In this document: in pieces, positions 7,656 to 16,080 of the stretch
Numbering within the stretch: position 1 is the stretch's first letter
How the letters are laid out: each line of letters starts with the position of its first letter
From: an uncultured virus (IMG/VR IMGVR_UViG_3300029319_000023)
Taxonomy: Duplodnaviria; Heunggongvirae; Uroviricota; Caudoviricetes
IMG/VR virus record: IMGVR_UViG_3300029319_000023
Strand: one strand, 5' to 3'
Length of the DNA: 20,000 bases
Notes under the pieces: generated by a model
Databases searched by the model: none
Seen by the model: only the letters and a program-made list of their open reading frames with translations
Told to the model about the DNA's origin: nothing
Position numbers and translations under genes: made by a program

Positions 7656-8165
7656 ATGAAAAGTTTTAAACAGTTTATGTTAGAGGGTAACCCCACTACC
7701 CGTATGATGACAAAGGCAAAGACACAGCAGACTGGTAACATTGCTGCTGATCGTGGAACTGATGAAAAGAAAAATAGAGAAAGTAGAAAGTCTCTTGAAA
7801 AAGATTTAAAAAAGAAAGGGATTGGGTACAAAAAAGGAGTTGGTGAATATAAGTATTCATCAGGTGAAGGAACAGGACGTGAGGTTTCATACCAAACAAG
7901 TCCTGGTAAAGGAATGTCTAAGAGACGTTTTGGTAAGGTAATGCGTCGTCTTGGTAGAAAACATGGTCAAGAGACTGTAATTACAAAGGATAAAAACAAA
8001 CCTGCAAGATTACATGACACTGAATCTAAGAAACCAAAACCCTCTGGAAATCTAGGTAAGACAACACCTGGTAAGCATCCTAAAGGTTATGGTGAAACTT
8101 CTGGTACAAAAGTAAGAAGTGGAAAACTAGGTAAGACTAACAAACCTACATATCATTATAGTTAA
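7656..8165 (+). CDS. Basic protein with N-terminal capsid-targeting-like sequence; putative internal head protein
   Basis: Likely start is ATG 7656, 1 nt after the upstream stop, rather than 7611. N-terminus MKSFKQFMLE resembles the T4 internal-protein capsid targeting sequence MKTYQEFIAE. 169 aa, K/G-rich. Confidence 0.65.
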   Translation: MKSFKQFMLEGNPTTRMMTKAKTQQTGNIAADRGTDEKKNRESRKSLEKDLKKKGIGYKKGVGEYKYSSGEGTGREVSYQTSPGKGMSKRRFGKVMRRLGRKHGQETVITKDKNKPARLHDTESKKPKPSGNLGKTTPGKHPKGYGETSGTKVRSGKLGKTNKPTYHYS

Positions 8166-8174
8166 AAAATAAAA

Positions 8175-8252
8175 ATGCCAGCTGTTGTTATTATTGTTGT
8201 TGTGCTCATCGTCGCTACAGGAGCACTTATAAGGTATTACGATCCACATTAA
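8175..8252 (+). CDS. 25-aa single-pass membrane micro-protein (not in ORF track)
   Basis: MPAVVIIVVVLIVATGALIRYYDPH*; about 17 consecutive uncharged, mostly hydrophobic residues; fills the gap and ends 3 nt before the g17 ATG. Confidence 0.55.
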   Translation: MPAVVIIVVVLIVATGALIRYYDPH

Positions 8253-8255
8253 ATT

Positions 8256-9908
8256 ATGAGTGATAATGTATATCTTGGCAATCCGAATCTAAAAAGAGCA
8301 AATACTCAAATTCAATTTACAGAGGATCAAGTTATTGAGTTCCTCAAATGTAAAGATGATCCTGTATATTTTGCCAGAAATCATGTAAAGATCGTTTCTC
8401 TTGATGAAGGAGAAGTTCCTTTTAAATTATATCCTTTCCAAGAGAAGTTAGTAAGAAGATTTCATGAGAACAGATTTAATATCTGTAAGATGCCACGACA
8501 GACAGGTAAGTCTACAACCTGTGTATCGTATCTCTTACACTATGCTATTTTTAATGCTAATGTCAATATTGCTATTCTAGCAAACAAAGCATCAACTGCT
8601 AGAGATCTTTTAAACAGATTACAATTTGCATACGAAAAACTGCCCAAATGGATGCAGCAAGGAATCTTGGTGTATAATAAGGGTTCAATGGAATTAGAAA
8701 ATGGATCTAAAATTATCGCCGCCAGCACGTCTGCATCTGCTGTCCGTGGCGGCTCCTATAATATCATCTTTCTTGACGAATTCGCGTTCATCCCGAATCA
8801 CATTGCTGATCAATTCTTTGCCTCTGTTTACCCTACTATATCTTCTGGTAAAAACACAAAAGTCATAATGGTTTCTACCCCTCACGGGATGAATCATTTT
8901 TACAGATATTGGCATGATGCCGAGAGAGGAGAAAATGAATATGTACCTACAGAAGTTCATTGGTCAGAAGTACCAGGTAGAGATGATAAGTGGAGAGCAC
9001 AAACAATCAAGAACACTTCTGAAGCACAGTTCAGAGTTGAGTTTGAATGTGAGTTCTTAGGATCTGTTGATACTTTAATTGCACCATCAAAACTGAAAGC
9101 GATGGTCTATCAAAATCCAACCACACGAAATGCTGGTTTGGACGTATACGAACAACCTATAGACAAACATGATTACATGATTACGGTTGACGTTGCAAGA
9201 GGGGTTGGTTTTGACTACTCTGCATTTGTTGTAGTTGATATCACTGAGTTTCCACATCGTCTTGTGGCAAAGTATAGAAATAATGAAATCAAACCTATGT
9301 TGTTCCCGAATATTATTTGGGAAGTAGCAAGAAATTATAATAATGCATTCATATTATGTGAGGTAAATGATATTGGAGATCAAGTTGCATCTATTCTAAA
9401 CTATGATCTTGAATACTCTAACCTTCTTATGTGTTCTATGAGAGGACGTGCAGGTCAAATAGTTGGTCAAGGATTCTCTGGTAAGAAGACACAATTAGGT
9501 GTCAAGATGTCCAAGACAGTAAAGAAGGTTGGATCATTGAACCTTAAGACAATGATTGAGGGTGATAAAGTTATCATTAATGATTATGATATTATCTCAG
9601 AACTTACTACATTCATATCTAAAAGTAATTCATTTGAGGCAGAAGAAGGATGTAATGATGACCTTGCTATGTGTCTTGTAATATATGCATGGTTAGTTGC
9701 TCAAGATTATTTTAAAGAACTTACAGATCAAGACGTTCGTAAGAGGTTATATGAAGAACAGAAAAATCAAATTGAACAAGACATGGCACCATTTGGTTTC
9801 ATAGATGACGGTTTAGATCAGGATACATTTGTAGATACAGAGGGAGACCGATGGAATAAGGTTGACGAATATGGTGACAGATCTTATATGTGGGACTACC
9901 AATCTTAA
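8256..9908 (+). CDS. g17: Terminase large subunit gp17
   Basis: YLGNPNLK N-terminus, Walker A PRQTGKST, Walker B IIFLDEFAF, STPHG coupling motif, nuclease motifs VDVARG.G.DYS and NDDLAM. Confidence 0.97.
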   Translation: MSDNVYLGNPNLKRANTQIQFTEDQVIEFLKCKDDPVYFARNHVKIVSLDEGEVPFKLYPFQEKLVRRFHENRFNICKMPRQTGKSTTCVSYLLHYAIFNANVNIAILANKASTARDLLNRLQFAYEKLPKWMQQGILVYNKGSMELENGSKIIAASTSASAVRGGSYNIIFLDEFAFIPNHIADQFFASVYPTISSGKNTKVIMVSTPHGMNHFYRYWHDAERGENEYVPTEVHWSEVPGRDDKWRAQTIKNTSEAQFRVEFECEFLGSVDTLIAPSKLKAMVYQNPTTRNAGLDVYEQPIDKHDYMITVDVARGVGFDYSAFVVVDITEFPHRLVAKYRNNEIKPMLFPNIIWEVARNYNNAFILCEVNDIGDQVASILNYDLEYSNLLMCSMRGRAGQIVGQGFSGKKTQLGVKMSKTVKKVGSLNLKTMIEGDKVIINDYDIISELTTFISKSNSFEAEEGCNDDLAMCLVIYAWLVAQDYFKELTDQDVRKRLYEEQKNQIEQDMAPFGFIDDGLDQDTFVDTEGDRWNKVDEYGDRSYMWDYQS

Positions 9909-10138
9909 TGGAAATTGATTTAGATGAGAACCTGTCATTAGGTCATTTGTTACTTTCTGATAGGGAGTGTAGGACTTGTAGAGAGACAAAGAATTTAGTT
10001 GATGGGTTTTATCGTACCAGAAAAGATAGAGGACCAGTAGCATCATCATACTCATATGAATGTAAAAAGTGCACTATCAAAAGGGTGAAAAGTAAAAAAT
10101 TTGAAAGTATTGAAAGGTGGCAATATCCTGACTGGTAG
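9908..10138 (+). CDS. Small CxxC...CxxC zinc-finger protein
   Basis: Probable start ATG 9908 (TAATG overlap with g17). CRTC...FY..RK...YSYECKKC, ends YPDW. Resembles the Zn-ribbon found N-terminally in some phage endonucleases, but no nuclease domain follows. Confidence 0.7.
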   Translation: MEIDLDENLSLGHLLLSDRECRTCRETKNLVDGFYRTRKDRGPVASSYSYECKKCTIKRVKSKKFESIERWQYPDW

Positions 10139-10179
10139 TAAGTTCACGCTAAGTTTCCCCTGTGTAAAGGTTCAAAACA

Positions 10180-10186
10180 ATAAATA
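10180..10186 (+). promoter_or_regulatory. Late promoter ATAAATA upstream of g18
   Basis: Intergenic TAAATA core 37 nt before ATG 10224; SD-like AAGGAG follows just upstream of the start. Confidence 0.7.
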
Positions 10187-10223
10187 TTTTTAGACTATTT
10201 CTGAGTACGCCAAGGAGTAACAA

Positions 10224-12479
10224 ATGGGCTATTTAAACTTAGCATCTCCAGGTATTCTGGTTAGAGAAGTTGACTTAACCACTGGTAGAGTGGATGCAAC
10301 TTCTGATAGTATCGGAGCGCTATGTTCGCCATTTGCAAAGGGTCCTGTAGGCCAACCAACATTGATCGAAAGTGAGCAAGATTTGCTTAACGTTTTCGGA
10401 ACTGCATACAGTGCAGATAGACATTATGAACATTGGATTTCGGCTTCTTCATACCTTGCATATGGAGGTGCATTACGTGTTGTCAGAGCTGATGGCACTG
10501 CACTGAAAAATGCATGTGCTGACGATACACCAGGTATTGCCTTCACGGGGACTGCTATAAAAATTAAAAATGATCTGGATTTTGAATCCACTGGATATCT
10601 AGAAAACGGTATCAGTGGCGTTTCTTTCGTTGCACAAACACCAGGTACATGGGCAAATAATGTAACAATCTGCGTTATTGACGGTCAAGCAGACCAACAA
10701 ATGACTGGTATTAATACAACACAGTTTGCATCTGTTGTTGGTGTTGGTACTACACAAAGTGTAAGAGTAACACATTCACTACAAGTAGGTTACGGTGTAA
10801 CACAAGCAGTTCCTGCTAACACTGTTCTTGCTGGTGCAGGTGCTACAACACTATTAGATGGATACTTTAAAGGTATTATTACTGGTATCAGTAGTGCTAA
10901 AAACGGTACTATCGATGTTAAGTTCCACTCTCATGTTTCTACAGCGGGTACTGAAACCGAAGTAGATTACACACCAACTGGTATTTACAGATTTGCAGAC
11001 TCTGGTTCACTTGCTTTCCATACTGTTGACGGTGTAACAATCGGTGTTACTACGTTAACTAATTCGGATGTTGCTTATGGTACTACTTCTTACTCTGGCG
11101 AGAACGATTGGTTTGATAACCAATACGTAGGTATCGATAATAATAACTTTAAGTGGAACGCTGTAGCAGATCGTCCTGGTACTTCTCAGTATTGTTCTGA
11201 GAGAAACTCCAGACATGACGAAATGCATATCCTTGTCATTGACGACAAAGGTACAATCACAGGAGTTCCTGGTCAAATATTAGAGAAGCACTTTAATCTT
11301 TCTAAAGCAAAGGATGCAACTTCTTCTGTTGCAACACCTTCATGGTATAGAAAGTATCTTGTAGAAGATTCAGATTACATCTTCGGTGGTAACGAACCTG
11401 TTGGTGTTACTACTTCTAGTTTCCAGAAAGATAAGTTTGAACAAGACAGTGACATTGGATGGAACCAAGATGCACAAGACATCAGTTTTGGTGGTAGAGG
11501 TGCTTGGAAAGTTGTAATGTCTAAGGGCGTTAACTACGCTGCTTCTGGTTTAACTGGTGAATATGCTGCTTCAGTTGGCAACATATATGCTGGTTACGAA
11601 TTGTTTGAGAATCCTGAGGAGATTGAAATTAACTTCCTCATCATGGGTTCTGCAAACTACAGCAAAGAAGGTGCTGCTGCAATTGCAAACAAACTAATTG
11701 AAGTTGCAGAATTGAGAAAAGATGCAGTTGCATTCATTTCTCCTTATAGAGGTGCATTCCTTACAGACGATGCCCTCAACCCAACATCCGAGATCTTAGA
11801 TAAGATCACAGGATACTTTGCTCCTGTTACATCCTCATCATTCGCTGTGTTTGATTCTGGTTACAAGTACACCTTTGACCGTTTCAACAAAGAGTTTAGA
11901 TGGGTTCCAATGAACGCTGATATCGCTGGTCTTTGTGCTAGAACTGATATCAATAACTTCCCATGGTACTCACCTGCTGGTACTTCCAGAGGTGCTATCC
12001 TGAATGCTGTTAAACTTGCGTTCAATCCTGGTAAGAGAGCAAGAGACGAACTCTATTCCAATAGAATTAACCCAATCACCTTTAATCCAGGTGGCGGTAT
12101 CATTCTATTTGGTGATAAGACTGGTCTTGCAAAAGCATCTGCATTCGACAGAATCAACGTCCGTCGTTTGTTCATCTTCCTAGAGAAGGCGATATCTGCT
12201 GCAGCAAGAGATCAGTTATTCGAGTTCAACGATGATATTACAAGAACAAACTTTGTAAATATCATTGAACCATTCTTACGTGATGTTCAGGCAAAGAGAG
12301 GTATTAGTGACTTCTTAGTTGTCTGTGACGAAACCAATAACACTCCTGACGTTATTGATCGTAACGAATTTATCGCAGACATATTCATTAAGCCTGCACG
12401 TTCCATCAACTTCATCGGTCTTACATTCGTTGCTACTAGAACTGGCATCTCGTTTGAAGAAGTCGTTGGTAGAGTTTAA
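10224..12479 (+). CDS. g18: Tail sheath protein gp18
   Basis: LASPGILVREVDLT, FAKGPV, YLAYGG.LRVVR, PWYSPAG..RG, GDKT....SAFDRINVRRLF, FEFNDDITR, IKPARSINFI.L.FVATRTG. Confidence 0.97.
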   Translation: MGYLNLASPGILVREVDLTTGRVDATSDSIGALCSPFAKGPVGQPTLIESEQDLLNVFGTAYSADRHYEHWISASSYLAYGGALRVVRADGTALKNACADDTPGIAFTGTAIKIKNDLDFESTGYLENGISGVSFVAQTPGTWANNVTICVIDGQADQQMTGINTTQFASVVGVGTTQSVRVTHSLQVGYGVTQAVPANTVLAGAGATTLLDGYFKGIITGISSAKNGTIDVKFHSHVSTAGTETEVDYTPTGIYRFADSGSLAFHTVDGVTIGVTTLTNSDVAYGTTSYSGENDWFDNQYVGIDNNNFKWNAVADRPGTSQYCSERNSRHDEMHILVIDDKGTITGVPGQILEKHFNLSKAKDATSSVATPSWYRKYLVEDSDYIFGGNEPVGVTTSSFQKDKFEQDSDIGWNQDAQDISFGGRGAWKVVMSKGVNYAASGLTGEYAASVGNIYAGYELFENPEEIEINFLIMGSANYSKEGAAAIANKLIEVAELRKDAVAFISPYRGAFLTDDALNPTSEILDKITGYFAPVTSSSFAVFDSGYKYTFDRFNKEFRWVPMNADIAGLCARTDINNFPWYSPAGTSRGAILNAVKLAFNPGKRARDELYSNRINPITFNPGGGIILFGDKTGLAKASAFDRINVRRLFIFLEKAISAAARDQLFEFNDDITRTNFVNIIEPFLRDVQAKRGISDFLVVCDETNNTPDVIDRNEFIADIFIKPARSINFIGLTFVATRTGISFEEVVGRV

Positions 12480-12501
12480 TTTTAATCCTAGGTAAACAAC
12501 A

Positions 12502-13128
12502 ATGGCACACAGAGGGCAACAAAATTCGATTGCTACCAAAACTAGGACAATCGATGATTTCAAACAAAGACTAATTGGGGGCGGTGCAAGAAGCAACCTA
12601 TTCGAGGTTGTTATGAACTTCCCTGAAGGAGTTGTAGGAGCTGATGTTACGGATATCGAACTTAAGTCTCGTTTCCTTATCAAAGCAGCACAACTTCCTG
12701 CATCTAATGTCACACCAATCGAAGTACCTTTCAGAGGAAGAACTCTGAAAGTTGCTGGTGACAGAACATTTGATGCATGGACAGTCACAGTTATCAACGA
12801 TACTGATTTCGCAATTCGTTCTTCTTTTGAAAGATGGATGAACTTTATTAATAAGGTATCTGATGCTTCAGGTAGAACAAGTCCTGAAGATTACCAAGTA
12901 GATGCTTGGATTCATCAACTTGGCAGAGCAGATGTTTCACCTAATGGTGAGCAACCAAGTGGTGACAAGTTACCTATTCTAAGAACGTATCACTTCTATA
13001 ATATCTTCCCAACTCAGGTCGCACCGATCGAAGTTTCTTACGAAACAACCGACACTATCGAAGAGTTTACTGTTGAACTACAAGTTCAGTGGTGGGAAGC
13101 AGGTGGAAATGGCGGATCTGTAGAGTGA
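12502..13128 (+). CDS. g19: Tail tube protein gp19
   Basis: GGGARSNLFEV, KAAQLPAS....IEVPFRGR.LKVAGDRTFD.WTVTVIND..F..R..FE.W; synteny between g18 and g20. Confidence 0.95.
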   Translation: MAHRGQQNSIATKTRTIDDFKQRLIGGGARSNLFEVVMNFPEGVVGADVTDIELKSRFLIKAAQLPASNVTPIEVPFRGRTLKVAGDRTFDAWTVTVINDTDFAIRSSFERWMNFINKVSDASGRTSPEDYQVDAWIHQLGRADVSPNGEQPSGDKLPILRTYHFYNIFPTQVAPIEVSYETTDTIEEFTVELQVQWWEAGGNGGSVE

Positions 13129-13134
13129 TAAATA
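13128..13134 (+). promoter_or_regulatory. Late promoter ATAAATA upstream of g20
   Basis: Overlaps the g19 stop; 30 nt before ATG 13165. Confidence 0.7.
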
Positions 13135-13164
13135 GTTAAACAGTAAAAAAAGTTTAACTATACA

Positions 13165-14769
13165 ATGGCGAAACTGTTTGGATTTTCAATTGATGATGGC
13201 GATAAAAAGCCAAAGGGTGTAGTCTCCCCCGTACCTCAGAACAATGAGGACGGGGTTGACTATTATTTGAGCAGCGGTTTTTACGGTCAGTACGTAGATA
13301 TCGAAGGTGTTTTTAAAAGCGAACACGACTTAATGCGTAGATATCGTGAGATGGCATTACATCCCGAAGTGGATAATGCGATTGAAGATGTTGTAAACGA
13401 AGCAATAGTATCAGATTTAAATGATTCACCAGTTGAGATTGAGTTATCTAACCTCAATGCTAGTGAACCATTAAAGAAAATTATTAGAGAAGAGTTCAAA
13501 TATATTAAAGATCTTTTACAATTTGATAAGAAATGTCATGAGATATTCCGTAATTGGTATGTTGACGGAAGAGTTTATTATCATAAGGTAATTGATTTAG
13601 ATAAACCTTCAGAAGGAATTAAAGAAGTCAGGCACATGGATGCCATGAAAGTGAAGTATATGAGGGTTCTTAAAAAAGAAAAGGGCACTGATTTACAAAT
13701 TGCACAAAATTATGTACCTGGTAGAAATAATACAATAAGTTTAAAAGATCCTGAGATCGATGAATTTTTTGCGTTTAGTCCTGATAAGAAATCAATACAT
13801 TCAAACGCACAAAAAACAATCAAAATTGCACCCGATGCTGTAACCTATATTACATCAGGATTAGTAGATAGAAATAAACATCTAACATTATCATATCTTC
13901 ATAAGGCAATCAAGGGTCTCAATCAACTTCGTATGATTGAAGATGCACTTGTTATCTACAGATTATCAAGAGCACCAGAAAGAAGAATATTCTACATTGA
14001 TGTTGGTAATCTTCCAAAAGTAAAATCTGAGCAATACCTCAGAGATGTCATGAATCGTTATCGTAACAAATTAGTTTACGATGCAAACACTGGTGAGATT
14101 CGTGATGACCGCAAGCACATGAGTATGCTTGAAGATTTCTGGTTACCTAGAAGAGAAGGTGGTAGAGGAACTGAAATCTCTACACTTCCTGGTGGACAGA
14201 ATCTTGGAGAACTTGCTGACATTGAATATTTCCAGAAGAAATTATATCGTGCACTTAACGTTCCTGAGTCTAGAATTGCAGGAAGTGGTGATGGATTTAA
14301 TCTTGGTAGAACTGCTGAAATTCAAAGAGATGAATTAAAATTCAACAAATTTGTTGGTCGTTTAAGAAAGAGATTTAGTAATGTATTCCTTGATCTTTTA
14401 AAGACACAACTAATTCTTAAGAACGTTGTTACTCCAGAAGATTGGGAAGTTCTAGCTGAGCATATCCAATTTGATTACTTAAAGGATAATCATTTCTCTG
14501 AACTAAAAGAGAATGAGATGATTACTTCTAGAGTAACATTGGCATCTCAAGTAGAACCATATTTGGGTAAGTACTATTCTGTTGAATATGTAAGACGCCA
14601 TGTTCTTCGTCAGACTGATGAAGAGATTAGAGAGATCGACAAACAGATTGATCAAGAAATAGAAACTGGAGTTCTTCCTGATCCAAATGCACCTGTGGAT
14701 GAGATGGGTAATCCTATCCCACAGGAAGGAGGAGGGGAAGAAATTAACCCCGAAGGTGGGGAAATATAA
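13165..14769 (+). CDS. g20: Portal vertex protein gp20
   Basis: YREMALHPEVD.AIEDVVNEAI, NQLRMIEDALVIYRLSRAPERRIFYIDVGNLPK, MLEDFWLPRREGGRGTEISTLPGGQNLGE. Confidence 0.97.
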   Translation: MAKLFGFSIDDGDKKPKGVVSPVPQNNEDGVDYYLSSGFYGQYVDIEGVFKSEHDLMRRYREMALHPEVDNAIEDVVNEAIVSDLNDSPVEIELSNLNASEPLKKIIREEFKYIKDLLQFDKKCHEIFRNWYVDGRVYYHKVIDLDKPSEGIKEVRHMDAMKVKYMRVLKKEKGTDLQIAQNYVPGRNNTISLKDPEIDEFFAFSPDKKSIHSNAQKTIKIAPDAVTYITSGLVDRNKHLTLSYLHKAIKGLNQLRMIEDALVIYRLSRAPERRIFYIDVGNLPKVKSEQYLRDVMNRYRNKLVYDANTGEIRDDRKHMSMLEDFWLPRREGGRGTEISTLPGGQNLGELADIEYFQKKLYRALNVPESRIAGSGDGFNLGRTAEIQRDELKFNKFVGRLRKRFSNVFLDLLKTQLILKNVVTPEDWEVLAEHIQFDYLKDNHFSELKENEMITSRVTLASQVEPYLGKYYSVEYVRRHVLRQTDEEIREIDKQIDQEIETGVLPDPNAPVDEMGNPIPQEGGGEEINPEGGEI

Positions 14770-14776
14770 ATAAATA
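14765..14776 (+). promoter_or_regulatory. Tandem overlapping late promoter motifs TATAAATA/ATAAATA
   Basis: TATAAATAAATA includes a perfect T4 late consensus TATAAATA; overlaps the g20 stop, upstream of ATG 14801. Confidence 0.75.
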
Positions 14777-14800
14777 TTAGGATTATAATTTTTACATACT

Positions 14801-15097
14801 ATGAAACCTACTGCTGAATTAACAGATATGTTGACAGGCGGTTCCTCTAACACAGAGGTTGCCGACAAGATCAAAGAGCTTTTGTTCGCAAAAGCAGCTG
14901 AAAAAATTGATGCTTTCAGACCTCAAGTTGCCGATACTTTATTTGGTGAACCTGAGCAAGAGGAAGAAGGTGAAGCAAGTGCTGAGGTGGAAACTGAAGT
15001 TGGCGATGAAGAATCCGAAACTCAAGTAGATGTCGAAGCAAGTGCCGAAGCAGATACTGAGGAAACCGTATCCAATGATGAGGAAGAAGAGGAATGA
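14801..15097 (+). CDS. Small acidic prohead core protein (gp67-like)
   Basis: 98 aa, helical N-terminus (DKIKELLFAKAAEKID..RP.VA..LF) and a very Glu-rich tail; position between g20 and g21 like T4 g67. Confidence 0.65.
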   Translation: MKPTAELTDMLTGGSSNTEVADKIKELLFAKAAEKIDAFRPQVADTLFGEPEQEEEGEASAEVETEVGDEESETQVDVEASAEADTEETVSNDEEEEE

Positions 15098-15363
15098 CTC
15101 AACGAGTTAACATAATTGCAACTGAACAAGCAACGCCAACAACAGCAGGTACTGCAAGCAGTATCAGTAAAGCAACTTGTGTAAGACTTTATAACCAAAC
15201 TGGTGCTGATGTTGTAGTTAATGTTAGTGCAACTGTTGGTGCAGCAAGCACAAATCAATTTACTATGGCAGCAGGTAGAACTGAATTTTTAGAAAAATTA
15301 TCTACTGATGTTATTTTCACAAGTGGTGGAATTAAAGCAGCAAAAGTAGGATTTACAAACTAA
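15094..15363 (+). CDS. Conserved small hypothetical protein, probably head-associated
   Basis: 89 aa, ATGA coupling to the upstream ORF, A/T/V-rich beta pattern (ATCVRLYN...EFLEK...D...KVGFTN), immediately upstream of g21. Confidence 0.7.
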   Translation: MTQRVNIIATEQATPTTAGTASSISKATCVRLYNQTGADVVVNVSATVGAASTNQFTMAAGRTEFLEKLSTDVIFTSGGIKAAKVGFTN

Positions 15364-15368
15364 GAACC

Positions 15369-16016
15369 ATGAAACTAATTAGAGAAGAAATCGAAAATGT
15401 AGAAGTCGTAACTGAAGAGGTTAACGGCAAGAAAAAACTGCATATCGAAGGTGTTTTCCTACAGGGCGAAATCAAGAATCGCAATGGACGCATGTATCCA
15501 ATGAATGTTCTTGATAAAGAAGTATCACGTTATAACGAAGGTTTCGTATCAAAAGGTCGTGCACTTGGAGAGTTGGGACATCCCGATGGTCCTGTTGTAA
15601 ACCTTGATCGTGTTTCCCATAAGATTACTTCTCTTGTAAAAGAGGGTACAAACTATGTTGGAAAGGCAAGAATCCTTGATACTCCTATGGGAAAAATCGC
15701 TTCTTCTCTTTTAGATGAAGGAGTAAAACTAGGTGTTTCATCTCGTGGTATTGGTTCTTTAGTTAAACAAGAAAGTTGCAGTGTAGTCGGTGACGACTTC
15801 ATCCTTGCAACTGCTGCTGATATAGTGGCAGATCCTTCTGCTCCTGATGCCTTTGTTAATGGAGTAATGGAAGGAAAAGAGTGGGTTTGGGAAGGCGGTT
15901 CCATTCGCGAAGCGGCTGCTGAACAAGCAAGAATCGAGATCGAGAATGCAGTAACCCGTCGAGAATTAGAAGAACAGAAACTCTCAATGTTCAATAATTT
16001 TCTCTTAAATCTATAA
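15369..16016 (+). CDS. g21: Prohead protease gp21
   Basis: MKLIREEIE, IEGVFLQ..IKNRNGR.YP, ALGELGHP, NLDRVSH, LGVSSRG.GS, ADIVADPSAPDAFV. Confidence 0.96.
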   Translation: MKLIREEIENVEVVTEEVNGKKKLHIEGVFLQGEIKNRNGRMYPMNVLDKEVSRYNEGFVSKGRALGELGHPDGPVVNLDRVSHKITSLVKEGTNYVGKARILDTPMGKIASSLLDEGVKLGVSSRGIGSLVKQESCSVVGDDFILATAADIVADPSAPDAFVNGVMEGKEWVWEGGSIREAAAEQARIEIENAVTRRELEEQKLSMFNNFLLNL

Positions 16017-16020
16017 ACTC

Positions 16021-16028
16021 TATAAATA
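16021..16028 (+). promoter_or_regulatory. Late promoter TATAAATA (perfect T4 consensus) upstream of g22/g23
   Basis: Exact TATAAATA 4 nt after the g21 stop and 52 nt before ATG 16081. Confidence 0.8.
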
Positions 16029-16080
16029 AGTATAGATTAAAACAATTTGTAACTATTTTGTTTTTGTCGGAGAGTAAACA

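Noticed and set aside
12315..12797. 160-aa minus-strand ORF across the g18/g19 junction
   Set aside because: Antisense shadow of two highly conserved genes, with no recognisable motifs or expression signals.
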